Below are positions 1 to 8,529 of a stretch of 64,000 nucleotides of DNA, in pieces. Under the pieces are notes generated by a model. It was given only the letters and a program-made list of their open reading frames with translations. It was not told the origin of the DNA and made no database searches. Location of the stretch: contig JAYTOU010000049.1 of assembly GCA_043747615.1 (NCBI GenBank), positions 8,418-72,417 of the forward strand, written 5' to 3'. The stretch is from Myxococcales bacterium (GTDB lineage Bacteria > Myxococcota_A > Polyangia > Polyangiales > Polyangiaceae). Position 1 is the stretch's first letter, and each line of letters begins with the position of its first letter. A program made the translations under genes and the position numbers.

Positions 1-22
1 AATGTGGACGGGTGGTGGGTGG

Positions 23-322
23 CTACTTGTTCGCCTTCTGACGTGCTTCGCCTTTGAGCTCTTTGGCTTTGCCTTCGACGATCATCTGCTCGTTGTCGAT
101 GACGTGGCCGACTCGGTTCTTGACGGCGCCAACGACCTGTTCGACGGCACCCTTCGCGCGCTCTTTGCCCTTGGCAGCGGCTTCGCGAGCTTCGCCCTGG
201 AGCTCCTTGGCACGGCCTTCGGCTTCCATCTGCTGGTTGCCGATGACCTTGCCGACCGCACCCTTGATTTTACCGCCGAGCTTCTCTGCCTCTGCTTCTG
301 CCCGGTCGCCTGCGTTGCTCAT
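23..322 (-). CDS. CsbD-family stress protein (tandem CsbD repeats)
   Basis: Two repeats of the G(K)(I/V)K..VG.VI.N.QM..EG.AKEL.GEAR pattern; AAGGA RBS upstream. Confidence 0.85.
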   Translation of the reverse strand: MSNAGDRAEAEAEKLGGKIKGAVGKVIGNQQMEAEGRAKELQGEAREAAAKGKERAKGAVEQVVGAVKNRVGHVIDNEQMIVEGKAKELKGEARQKANK

Positions 323-378
323 GATCGGTTCCTTTCGCTTTGATGGTGTGCCGTTGGTGTTGCTTACTCGACTGCTAG

Positions 379-394
379 TACAAGCCCCGTGCCG
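379..394 (-). promoter_or_regulatory. Possible sigma-54 promoter for the csbD-like gene
   Basis: Minus strand CGGCACG-GGGC-TTGTA; strong -24 match, -12 is GT instead of GC. Confidence 0.45.
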
Positions 395-458
395 CTTCGA
401 AATCCGGTCTTTTTCATCCTCTTGCGACTCGATTGTGACGCGAGCGCGCGCACGTCGG

Positions 459-965
459 TCACGGTTGGGGCGGTATGGCGTCGAAGAGGTTGAGGCGGTC
501 GGCCAGCCCCATGATGAACATGATCAGCATCTCCGCCTGGAACGGCTTTCCGATGTGGAGCTCGAAACCGGCGAGCCGCGCTTCTTCGCGGATCTCAGGA
601 CTGTCCTGACCCGTGATCGCGATGGCGTGGATGTCGGCGCCGAAGGGGAGCTCCTTCACCTGGCGCACGAGCGAGCACCCGTCTTCGTCCGGCATCGCCA
701 GGTCGGACACGAGCATTCGCGGACGCCAACGTTTCATCAGTGCGAGCGCGGCGGAGGCCGAAGCGACACCTCGAACGTCTGCGCCTTCCTTCGCCAAGAC
801 GAAGGTCAGGAGCTCGCGGTTGTCGTCGTTGTCGTCGACGACGAGCATCGGGAGGCCGAGGAGTCGCGACCCCGGCGCTCTCCTCGCGCGTGGTACCGGC
901 GGGATCGGCGTCACGTGATCTCCCGCGAGCGGGGTGGCGGCACCGTCCGAGTTGCTTTCCTTCAC
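459..965 (-). CDS. Single-domain response regulator (receiver); start uncertain (GTG 965 or ATG 1022)
   Basis: LVVDDNDD, VSDLAMPDEDG (phospho-Asp), AIAITG, HIGKPF. Confidence 0.85.
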   Translation of the reverse strand: MKESNSDGAATPLAGDHVTPIPPVPRARRAPGSRLLGLPMLVVDDNDDNRELLTFVLAKEGADVRGVASASAALALMKRWRPRMLVSDLAMPDEDGCSLVRQVKELPFGADIHAIAITGQDSPEIREEARLAGFELHIGKPFQAEMLIMFIMGLADRLNLFDAIPPQP

Positions 966-1055
966 GATGGTCTCATTCCTCTCAAAAACATGTGAAAAAG
1001 CGTTGCCCTCGCCTGCTGCCATCGGGTGCGCTATGTTTGCAGATGGGGCGCGCAG

Positions 1056-1487
1056 ATGCACGAGAACGAGCAGCAAAACCGGGCCGTGCCCTTCGATCTG
1101 ATTGCCGAAGAGGAGGACCTCGTCGACAGCGTGCGTAACGCGCTCAGCAACGATCCGGATCGTTTGAAGCGCGTCGCCCAGCTCCTCCTGGACTCCGAGG
1201 TGGAAGATCGTGTGATCCACCAACAGCGCACCAAGCAAACCGCCGAGGGTGATGCAACGAAGCGCTGGGCTCTTTTTAAGAAGAGGCTCAGCGCGGTCTC
1301 ATCGTTTGGAGCAGCTCAGGATCTCGTCGACTCCGTGCCCCAGGCCGCCGCGCTTCGGGAGCGACTCTTTTATTTGCATCTTGGAAGATTCATTCAGACA
1401 CAGAACGTTCCCGAAGCCGCGAGCGCGGAAGAACAGGTGGAGCTCCGCGCTCTACTTCTCCGCATCACGGAGTCGCAAAAGCGCTGA
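1056..1487 (+). CDS. Hypothetical protein
   Basis: Helical-looking ORF filling the gap between two minus-strand genes; no recognised motif. Confidence 0.55.
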   Translation: MHENEQQNRAVPFDLIAEEEDLVDSVRNALSNDPDRLKRVAQLLLDSEVEDRVIHQQRTKQTAEGDATKRWALFKKRLSAVSSFGAAQDLVDSVPQAAALRERLFYLHLGRFIQTQNVPEAASAEEQVELRALLLRITESQKR

Positions 1488-1506
1488 GCCCCCCCTCCTG
1501 GCAGAG

Positions 1507-1767
1507 CTAGACGAGCGCGCCTCGACCGAAGACAGCGTGCTTCACCCCGAGCACGACCATCGCGCCAATGACGGCGACGAACATGCTCCAGATGTTGAAC
1601 CCGGTAACACCGACGGCGCCGACGAGGTTGAAGAGAAACCCGCCGAGCACCGCACCGACGATGCCGAGAAGGATGTCGAGAAGGGCGCCTTCGCCGCTCC
1701 GATTGACAACCTTGCTAGCGATGAACCCCGAGATGAGACCGAGAACGATCCATGCGAGAATGGACAT
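1507..1767 (-). CDS. GlsB/YeaQ/YmgE (transglycosylase-associated) membrane protein
   Basis: WIVLGLISGFIAS...DILLGIVGAVLGG...AVIGAMVVL; AAGGAG RBS. Confidence 0.9.
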   Translation of the reverse strand: MSILAWIVLGLISGFIASKVVNRSGEGALLDILLGIVGAVLGGFLFNLVGAVGVTGFNIWSMFVAVIGAMVVLGVKHAVFGRGALV

Positions 1768-1779
1768 GACGTAGCTCCT

Positions 1780-2676
1780 TTACTTGACCTGGTTGCCGTT
1801 GGGCGACACGGGCGAGAGAATGATTTCGACGCGACGGTTGTTCGCGCGGCCTTCCGCCGACGTGTTGTCTGCGATCGGGCGATCCGGGCCGATGCCGACG
1901 GCTTTGACGTTCTCCGAGGGAATACCGTGGCTCGTGAGATACGTGCGGACCGACTCAGCGCGATGCTGCGAGAGCTCCATGTTGTACTGGTGCGCGCCCT
2001 GCGAGTCGGTGTGGCCTTCGATGGTGACAGTGCGCTCGGGCGCGGCCTTGAGAGCGGTGACGACGTTCTCGAGCTGACTCATGGCGCCGCCGATGAGCTC
2101 GTATTTCGCCGAAGCAAAGAGCACCTGTCCGGAGAGCGTGATGACCATGCCGCGCGCTTCTTCCTTCACCGGAATCTTCGCGAGCGCGAGAGCGTCCATC
2201 GCGTCCTTCGCCCGCTTGTCCGCCTCGAGACGACGGTCGCGTTCCTGCTGAAGCTGCTGCGCAGTCATCGCGCCCCGATTCTGCTCGCCGGCGAGGGCTG
2301 CCTTCGTGTCCTTCAGATCGGTCTCGGTCTGCTGGCCCTTGGCGAGCTTGTTGCGCGCGGTTTCGCCTTCCGCTTTCGCGAGACCGGCCTGCGCTTCCGC
2401 GAGCTGAGTCTTGCGAAGAGCGACGTACGCTCGGTCCTGGGTTTCCGTGGAGGTGGGATCGTCTTCGAACGATTTTTCCGCGAGGTCGAGCGACTCCTTC
2501 GCGACGTGGAGCTGCGCAGGATCGAGCTGACCCGCCTCGCCAGCGGATGCCTTCTTGAATTCGGCGCGGGCAAGGACGAGCTCCTTCGGCGGCATGGCCG
2601 TGGCGCATGCGGCGAGAGGTGCAATGAAAGCAAATGCGAGGGCGAAGCTGGAAAACGTCTTCTGAATGGTTTTCAT
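1780..2676 (-). CDS. OmpA-family lipoprotein with N-terminal DUF4398-like helical domain
   Basis: Lipobox LAAC; VLF..., IEGHTDSQG, N.ELS..RA.SV, P.ADN...EGR..NRRVEI. Confidence 0.92.
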   Translation of the reverse strand: MKTIQKTFSSFALAFAFIAPLAACATAMPPKELVLARAEFKKASAGEAGQLDPAQLHVAKESLDLAEKSFEDDPTSTETQDRAYVALRKTQLAEAQAGLAKAEGETARNKLAKGQQTETDLKDTKAALAGEQNRGAMTAQQLQQERDRRLEADKRAKDAMDALALAKIPVKEEARGMVITLSGQVLFASAKYELIGGAMSQLENVVTALKAAPERTVTIEGHTDSQGAHQYNMELSQHRAESVRTYLTSHGIPSENVKAVGIGPDRPIADNTSAEGRANNRRVEIILSPVSPNGNQVK

Positions 2677-2684
2677 GGAATCTC

Positions 2685-3023
2685 CTACTTCTTCTTCAGA
2701 TCTTCGGTGGACTTCGCCGCTTCGCTCTTGGCCTTGGATTCACGTGCCAAGGCGACGGCAAGCTCTCCGTCGGCGTCTGCGCGAAGCAGGGTGAACTCGG
2801 CTCGCTTGTTGTCGCCGTCTGCCATCTGCGCTTTCGCCTGATCAATTTCTTCCTGAGCAAGCTTCATATGGAGGGCCCCCTGGGGATCCTTGTCGGCGTT
2901 GAGCTCGCGGGCCGCACGCACCGAAGCTTCGGAGGTGGCCATCCGTGCGGTGGGGGCCGGGTAGGACCCACAACCAACGGCAAAAATAGGAATCAACGTT
3001 GCTGCAATCGCAAAGCATTTCAT
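2685..3023 (-). CDS. DUF4398-type lipoprotein
   Basis: Lipobox AVGC; VRAAREL.A, LAQEEIDQAK, RADADGELA.ALA; directly upstream of the OmpA gene, the usual pairing. Confidence 0.8.
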   Translation of the reverse strand: MKCFAIAATLIPIFAVGCGSYPAPTARMATSEASVRAARELNADKDPQGALHMKLAQEEIDQAKAQMADGDNKRAEFTLLRADADGELAVALARESKAKSEAAKSTEDLKKK

Positions 3024-3049
3024 TTCGTCCCTCATTCTTGGCCTCGCTT

Positions 3050-3065
3050 TGCATGAGTCGGGCCG
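3050..3065 (-). promoter_or_regulatory. Sigma-54 promoter for the DUF4398-OmpA-GlsB operon
   Basis: Minus strand CGGCCCG-ACTC-ATGCA (GG-N10-GC), downstream of an enhancer-binding protein gene. Confidence 0.55.
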
Positions 3066-3173
3066 CTGACGGAAGCGCTGTAAAAGGCAGCAATCAGCGC
3101 GAGTGTGACGGTGTTGCACCGAGGCGAGCTGTGCGCTGTGGCGAATTTGCCGATCAGCGCGAGCCAAGCTCGG

Positions 3174-4553
3174 TCAGCCCTCGGAGGGCGCTTTGGTCTC
3201 GACGCCGCAGCGTTCGAGCTTTCGGTACAGGGTGCGCCGATCGAAGCCGAGGACTTGGGCGGCCAGCGTCTTGTTGCCGCCGAGCGCCTCGAGAACGCGA
3301 AGGATGTACCTTCGCTCGACTTCGTCCATCGTGAGAAGCTCGGACGGATCGGAGGTCTCTACGATCACCCGCGACTGCTTGAACGCCCTGATTTTTTCGG
3401 GGAGATCGTCGACGCCGATCTGGTCGAAGCGAGCGAGGGCGACGGCGCGCTCGATGCAATTCTGCAGCTCTCTCACGTTCCCAGGCCACGGATAGGTGAG
3501 GAGCTTGTCGGCAGCGCCGCTCGACATGCCGGTGACCTTCGAGCGCGCCGACGCCGCGTAGCGCTCGATGAAATGCTGAGCAAGGAGGAGGACGTCGCTC
3601 CCGCGCGCGCGAAGGGGCGGTACGTTGATGCGCACCACGTTGATTCGGTAAAAAAGATCCTCGCGGAAGCGCTTCTCGTCGACCTCGGTCTCGAGATCGC
3701 GATTCGTCGCGGCGACGAGGCGTGCATCGAAGGGCACTTCTTGATCGCCGCCGACGGGACGCACCGTGCGCTCCTGCAGCGCGCGAAGAAGCTTGGCCTG
3801 CATGCCCATCGGCATCTCGCCGATCTCGTCGAGGAAGAGCGTGCCTTTCGAGGCTTTCACGAAGAGGCCGGGGCGCGCGTTTCTCGCGTCGGTGAACGCG
3901 CCGCGGGTGTGTCCGAAGAGCTCGCTCTCGAGGAGCGTCTCGGGCATTGCCGCGCAGTTGATGGCCACGAACGGCCCCTTCGCGCGCGGGCTGCGAGTGT
4001 GGAGGGCCTTGGCGACCAGCTCTTTTCCGGTACCGCTCTCACCGGTGACGAGCACGCTCGTATCGCTTTCTGCCACGCGGTCGAGGAGATCTCTGACCGT
4101 TTCCATCGTGGGGCTCCGCCCGATGATGTCGTCGTTGCGCTCGGTCTCGTCGAACGCGAGCTTGAGGCGGCGCACTTCGTCGCGAAGCTGCCGATGACGA
4201 AGCGCGCGCTCGAGGGTGAGGGCGATGTCGTCCATCTCGAAGGGCTTGCTCACGAAGTCGTACGCGCCGGCTCGAATGGCTGCGACCGCGGTTTCCATGC
4301 TGCCGAACGCCGTCATCACTACCACCGGGATGTCGTCCCGGCGCTCGACGATCTGGCGGCAGAGATCAATGCCGCTCATGCCTTGCATGTTGAGGTCGGT
4401 CACGACGACGTCGAAGTCCTGATCGGTGAGGAGAGCCAAGGCATCGCCAGGAGAGGTGCGCGTAACGACCTCAAAATCGCGCCTTTTCAGGGCACTTTCG
4501 AGGATCTCGCACATGCTGCGATCGTCGTCGATGATGAGAATGCGTCCTTGCAC
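3174..4553 (-). CDS. Sigma-54-dependent response regulator (NtrC family: REC, AAA+, Fis HTH)
   Basis: GESGTGKE, ESELFGH..GAFTDA, LFLDEIG, WPGNVREL, GNKTLAAQVLG..RRTLYRKL. Confidence 0.96.
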   Translation of the reverse strand: MQGRILIIDDDRSMCEILESALKRRDFEVVTRTSPGDALALLTDQDFDVVVTDLNMQGMSGIDLCRQIVERRDDIPVVVMTAFGSMETAVAAIRAGAYDFVSKPFEMDDIALTLERALRHRQLRDEVRRLKLAFDETERNDDIIGRSPTMETVRDLLDRVAESDTSVLVTGESGTGKELVAKALHTRSPRAKGPFVAINCAAMPETLLESELFGHTRGAFTDARNARPGLFVKASKGTLFLDEIGEMPMGMQAKLLRALQERTVRPVGGDQEVPFDARLVAATNRDLETEVDEKRFREDLFYRINVVRINVPPLRARGSDVLLLAQHFIERYAASARSKVTGMSSGAADKLLTYPWPGNVRELQNCIERAVALARFDQIGVDDLPEKIRAFKQSRVIVETSDPSELLTMDEVERRYILRVLEALGGNKTLAAQVLGFDRRTLYRKLERCGVETKAPSEG

Positions 4554-4635
4554 GAATTTCTACCTCGCGCGGACTTTACGTCAGACTACTCCTGTCGAGT
4601 AGCATTCCTTTGACGCCGGTGGTCGCTCGACGATC

Positions 4636-5811
4636 TCAGTTCGCGGGGAAGTAATCGGCGAGAGGCGTCGCCCCGACCGCCGAGCCGATTCGAGGCACGC
4701 CGAGGCCGTCCTCGATCGTCGCCAGGAGCGAGAAATGATCGCCGTGCACGGGACTGACGAAAGCGCTCGTTTTTGCGTACGGCGAAAGGACGAAGATCGG
4801 AATCGGATCGTCCGTCTTCGAAAGGGGGTTGAGGCCGCCCGATCCGTCGTCTTCGTCCCACACGATGACGAGGAGCCCACCGTTCTTGAAGGCCGGCGAG
4901 TCGATGATCGCTTTTGCGTTCGTGGAGAGCCAAGTGTCGCCCTGCGCGACGTCGGCCGCGGCCTGCTGGAGACCCGTGCCGTGCATGTCGTTGGTCAAGC
5001 TCGGAGCGATGAACGAAAAAGCCGGAGGCGCTGCCGCGAGATCGGTGGCGAAGAAGCCCGCGTACGGCACGACGTGCGATGTGCAGCGAGCGCCAGCATC
5101 GCCGGCCTGCATGTTGTCGTAGTAGAGAAACGGCATGTGCTTCGGCGCGTAGCCGCCTGCCGTCGCGGTGTTACACGCCGTTCCCATGTCCTCGCCGTAG
5201 GCCTTCCACGTCTTTCCGCTGGCCTCGAGCTGATCTCCGAGGTGGGCCACACCCTGGTTGCACCCGCAGCCGCTGGGGAACGGCAGCGTGTTGCAGATGG
5301 TGCAAGAGGCGCCGACGGGAGAGCAGTCGCACTTGACGCCTTGATCATCGCCCGAGGTGAGGGCGAGGTAGTTCGGGAGGCTCGGGTGGGAAGTACCGTG
5401 GTAGTCGGAGCCAGTCGCCGCCACGGTTGCGAGCGCCTTCAGGTACGGCGTGTTCGTCGCCGCATCGAGAGAGGCCTTCGACGTGTTCTCCATCATGATC
5501 ACGAACAAGTGGGAAAAAACTGGAATCCCTGAGGTCGCGCGGCAAACCGGTATGCCGTTTGCTGAGCCGCAGGTCGTTCCGCTGGGACACGTCCCGCAGC
5601 CGACTTTTGGAGCGTCACTCGTCGGGCCGTCGGCGCTGCTTCCGCCCTCGTCTGTCGAGGCTTCGCCCGTTCCGCCACCGTCTGCTCCCGGGCCTCCCGT
5701 GCCGGCGTCGCCGCCCGCGTCGGCGCTGGAAGACGAGCACGCGTTCAAGGCCACTGCCGACAAACAGCTCGCGAGGCAGAAGAACGAGACAAAGCGCGAA
5801 GCGTGGTTCAT
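4636..5811 (-). CDS. Phosphoesterase/acid phosphatase family lipoprotein
   Basis: Lipobox LNAC; HLFVIMMEN, HPSLPNYLALTSG, YAPKHMPF, NDMHG, IVWDEDD, HFSLLATIED. Confidence 0.85.
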   Translation of the reverse strand: MNHASRFVSFFCLASCLSAVALNACSSSSADAGGDAGTGGPGADGGGTGEASTDEGGSSADGPTSDAPKVGCGTCPSGTTCGSANGIPVCRATSGIPVFSHLFVIMMENTSKASLDAATNTPYLKALATVAATGSDYHGTSHPSLPNYLALTSGDDQGVKCDCSPVGASCTICNTLPFPSGCGCNQGVAHLGDQLEASGKTWKAYGEDMGTACNTATAGGYAPKHMPFLYYDNMQAGDAGARCTSHVVPYAGFFATDLAAAPPAFSFIAPSLTNDMHGTGLQQAAADVAQGDTWLSTNAKAIIDSPAFKNGGLLVIVWDEDDGSGGLNPLSKTDDPIPIFVLSPYAKTSAFVSPVHGDHFSLLATIEDGLGVPRIGSAVGATPLADYFPAN

Positions 5812-6166
5812 CGGATGATTCCTCTCGAGAAGGGACTGTTCGCCAAACGGAGTCGGCAGATGAATGTACCGGTGTCCGTCGTGCGCAGGCAGCGCCGTGA
5901 CGATTTTTTTCTAAGGGCCGACGCGCGCGCTCGCGTCTGGGTCGCAGAAGCGCTTCGCACCGCTGCAATCAGCCGAGACCATCCGCCAAACGAGCCCCGC
6001 CTCGCCGTTGAAGATGAGGCAAGACGCGTCGGCCGCCGTCACTTGGCCAGAGCGGCGGACGTCGAGCGCGATGCCTGCAGGCGATGGAGCTCGACGTGAA
6101 ACGAAATGACGACGGGGGTCGGATTCGGCGACACGCCGGCGAGCGCTACGACCGCGATCTACGCCA

Positions 6167-6808
6167 TCAATGCTTCGGGCTCCGCAGGTGACACGCGGCG
6201 CGCCCACCTTTTTCGACGTATTGCTGGTGGTATTCCTCTGCGTTCGTAAAGGCGACCGCGGGCACGATCTCGGTCACGATCGGAGCGCGCACCTCTCCCG
6301 ATTTCTGCAGACGATCGCGCGAGGCGAGTGCTGCGGCCTTCTGCTCCGGATTGAAGAAGAAGATGACGGACCGGTACTGCTCGCCGACGTCTGGTCCTTG
6401 ACGATTCTTCGTCGTCGGATCGTGCAAGTTCCAGAAAAGATCGAGGAGCCGATCGTACGCGATGACCTTGGGATCGTATTCGACGCGAACGCTCTCGGCG
6501 TGACCGGTGGTGCCGGAGCAAACGTCTTCGTAGCTGGGGTGATCGGTGTGGCCGCCCGAGTAGCCCACGGCGGTAGCGAGCACGCCTGGCTCCTTGCGGA
6601 ATTCCTCTTCCACGCCCCAGAAGCATCCGGCGGCGAACGACGCGAGCTCGGTCTTGGGCATCACGGCCGGCGCGCTCTTCGTTGCCACCAGGCCGTTCGC
6701 AGTCACGCGCCTAGCACCGCTCTGACCTGCGGCTGCCGCGTGGCAACCCGAGATCGTCATGAAGACTCCGCCCGCCAAGACCACCGCAAGTGTGCTTCCG
6801 ATGCTCAT
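6167..6808 (-). CDS. msrA: Peptide methionine sulfoxide reductase A, exported (probable lipoprotein)
   Basis: [38 protein letters not shown]-terminal hydrophobic segment ending ISGC; GGAGG RBS. Confidence 0.95.
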   Translation of the reverse strand: MSIGSTLAVVLAGGVFMTISGCHAAAAGQSGARRVTANGLVATKSAPAVMPKTELASFAAGCFWGVEEEFRKEPGVLATAVGYSGGHTDHPSYEDVCSGTTGHAESVRVEYDPKVIAYDRLLDLFWNLHDPTTKNRQGPDVGEQYRSVIFFFNPEQKAAALASRDRLQKSGEVRAPIVTEIVPAVAFTNAEEYHQQYVEKGGRAACHLRSPKH

Positions 6809-6828
6809 CTTCAGCCTCCGCTAAGAGA

Positions 6829-6854
6829 TACGCGGGACGCCGGCAGGTGGTTTC
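6829..6854 (-). promoter_or_regulatory. ECF sigma promoter upstream of msrA
   Basis: Minus strand GAAACC-N16-CGTA; same motif upstream of the ECF gene. Confidence 0.7.
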
Positions 6855-6859
6855 GGTCG

Positions 6860-7528
6860 TCAGGGGCGAATTCGAATTCCTAGCACCCTGCGCCCCAGCC
6901 AGGCCCCCGCGATCCCAAGGACTACGATCGGCGCGAGGTGACCGAGGACCACGTGGGCGGTTGCCGACACCGGGCAATGAAGATCGATTATCACTCCGGC
7001 CCATGCACCTGCGGCGGCGCCCAGCGCTGCGCCCGTCACTCGCGGCTGCACGGGATCCAAACCATGGCGCACCACCACGAACGCGACGATGGGGCTGAGC
7101 GAGAAGACGATCGTCATCGCAAAGCAGGCGAGGTGAATCCCGAGCGACGCAGCGGGGGCGTTCGCCTCGGGACACATCATGCTCCACACGAGAAACCACA
7201 GAAAGAGCGCGGGTGCCGTGGCGAGGGCGACGACCAGCAGCCATCCGACGGGACGAGCGAGCATCGACCTTCGGCGACCGAACGCTCCCCACGTAGCTGC
7301 GAGCGCGATGATCAGCCACCCGGCAGCGGTGACAGCCACGACCTCGGTCGTTCGCGTGCCGAGGTGGAGACCTCCTAAAGCGAAGAACAAAGTGATCCCG
7401 CCGAGCAAGGCGGCGGCCGCGGCGAACGCCGTGAAGAGTCGCACCGAAGCGCGATTCGGCGACGGTTCGTGGGAAGCCGCTTCGAGCACCCGCTTGCGGA
7501 GATCGTCGGGGAGCCGCGCGGAGGTCAT
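6860..7528 (-). CDS. NrsF/DUF1109-family anti-sigma factor
   Basis: About 6 TM segments; GAALGAAAGA..G...DLHCP...HV..GH motif; 4-nt overlap with the ECF gene. Confidence 0.85.
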   Translation of the reverse strand: MTSARLPDDLRKRVLEAASHEPSPNRASVRLFTAFAAAAALLGGITLFFALGGLHLGTRTTEVVAVTAAGWLIIALAATWGAFGRRRSMLARPVGWLLVVALATAPALFLWFLVWSMMCPEANAPAASLGIHLACFAMTIVFSLSPIVAFVVVRHGLDPVQPRVTGAALGAAAGAWAGVIIDLHCPVSATAHVVLGHLAPIVVLGIAGAWLGRRVLGIRIRP

Positions 7529-8079
7529 GGTTGCCTGCCGAGCGCGCTGCGCAGAGCTTCGTAGGCCCGATGGGTGCGGAGCTTCACGGCCGACACAGTC
7601 GTCCCGAGCACTTGCGCGGCTTCGGCCATGGACAGCCCCTCACGTTTGACGAGATCGAATGCGACCCGCTGCGTCTCGGGAAGCTTCGCCAGCTCCGTCA
7701 GGAGCAGCGTCGCCAGCTCGGCGGCTTCGAAGAGCTGATCGGCGGGTGCATCCGGGGACACGACGTCCGCCGTGGCATCATCCGGATCCTTCGCGAGGAT
7801 TTCGCGTTTACCTCGGCGCATGCCGTCAATCATCAGGCGCCGGGCGATGGCAAAAGCCCACGGGACGACGTCGGAGCCTGTGATGAAGCGCCCCCGCGCG
7901 CGGTGCATCTGGAGCATCGTCTGCTGGACGAGATCCTCGGCGCGCGCATGATCGCGGGTTTGACGAAAGAGGTAACCAAAGAGGCGCGGCGCCAGCCCGT
8001 CGTAGAGCTCGCCGAACGCGGAGTCGTCGCCTTCGGCGTAGCGATCCATGGCTACGTTGAGCTCGCTCGGCGGGGCCAC
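7525..8079 (-). CDS. ECF RNA polymerase sigma factor (start GTG 8079 or ATG 8049)
   Basis: GDDSAFGELY, AEDLVQQT, WAFAIARR...D, LPETQR, EGLS..EAA..LG....AVK.R.HRA. Confidence 0.93.
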   Translation of the reverse strand: MAPPSELNVAMDRYAEGDDSAFGELYDGLAPRLFGYLFRQTRDHARAEDLVQQTMLQMHRARGRFITGSDVVPWAFAIARRLMIDGMRRGKREILAKDPDDATADVVSPDAPADQLFEAAELATLLLTELAKLPETQRVAFDLVKREGLSMAEAAQVLGTTVSAVKLRTHRAYEALRSALGRQP

Positions 8080-8105
8080 GCGGCAACTTGTAACACGTTC
8101 ACTAC

Positions 8106-8131
8106 TACGTATAGTCGGTCGATCAAGTTTC
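8106..8131 (-). promoter_or_regulatory. Autoregulatory ECF promoter
   Basis: Minus strand GAAACT-N16-CGTA. Confidence 0.65.
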
Positions 8132-8143
8132 GCCGGAGCTGAA

Positions 8144-8524
8144 ATGCCGAACGTTCCTCGGCCCCCACGCATACTCGTGATTGACGATGAACCCTTGGCC
8201 GGGCGCGCCATCCGGCGAAGCCTCGTCGAGTGGGACGTGTCGGTGAGCCTGAGCGCGGTCGAGGCTCTCCAGCGATTCGTACGTGGTGAGCGCTTCGATG
8301 CGATCGTCTGTGACGTGATGATGCCGAACATGACGGGCAGCGCCCTCCACGCGGAGCTGCTGCGCTTGGTGCCCGAGCAAGCGGAGCGAATGATCTTCGT
8401 GACCGGCGGCGCCTTGACCCCCGAAACCCAAGCGTTCGTCGAAGAGCACTCCGATCGCGTCATGCTCAAGCCGTTCGTCATTCGTGAATTGCAGCGGCGC
8501 ATCCGAGAGCGCCTCGGGCGCTGA
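8144..8524 (+). CDS. Single-domain response regulator
   Basis: ILVIDDEP, FDAIVCDVMMP.MTG, IFVTGGA, LKPF. Confidence 0.9.
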   Translation: MPNVPRPPRILVIDDEPLAGRAIRRSLVEWDVSVSLSAVEALQRFVRGERFDAIVCDVMMPNMTGSALHAELLRLVPEQAERMIFVTGGALTPETQAFVEEHSDRVMLKPFVIRELQRRIRERLGR

Positions 8525-8529
8525 GACCC

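Noticed and set aside
3174..4553. GAFTDA in place of GAFTGA as an inactive activator
   Set aside because: This variant is common among enhancer-binding proteins and the other motifs are intact
5812..6166. 355-bp gap with short ORFs (5911-6207, 5803-6099)
   Set aside because: No RBS, motif or convincing structure
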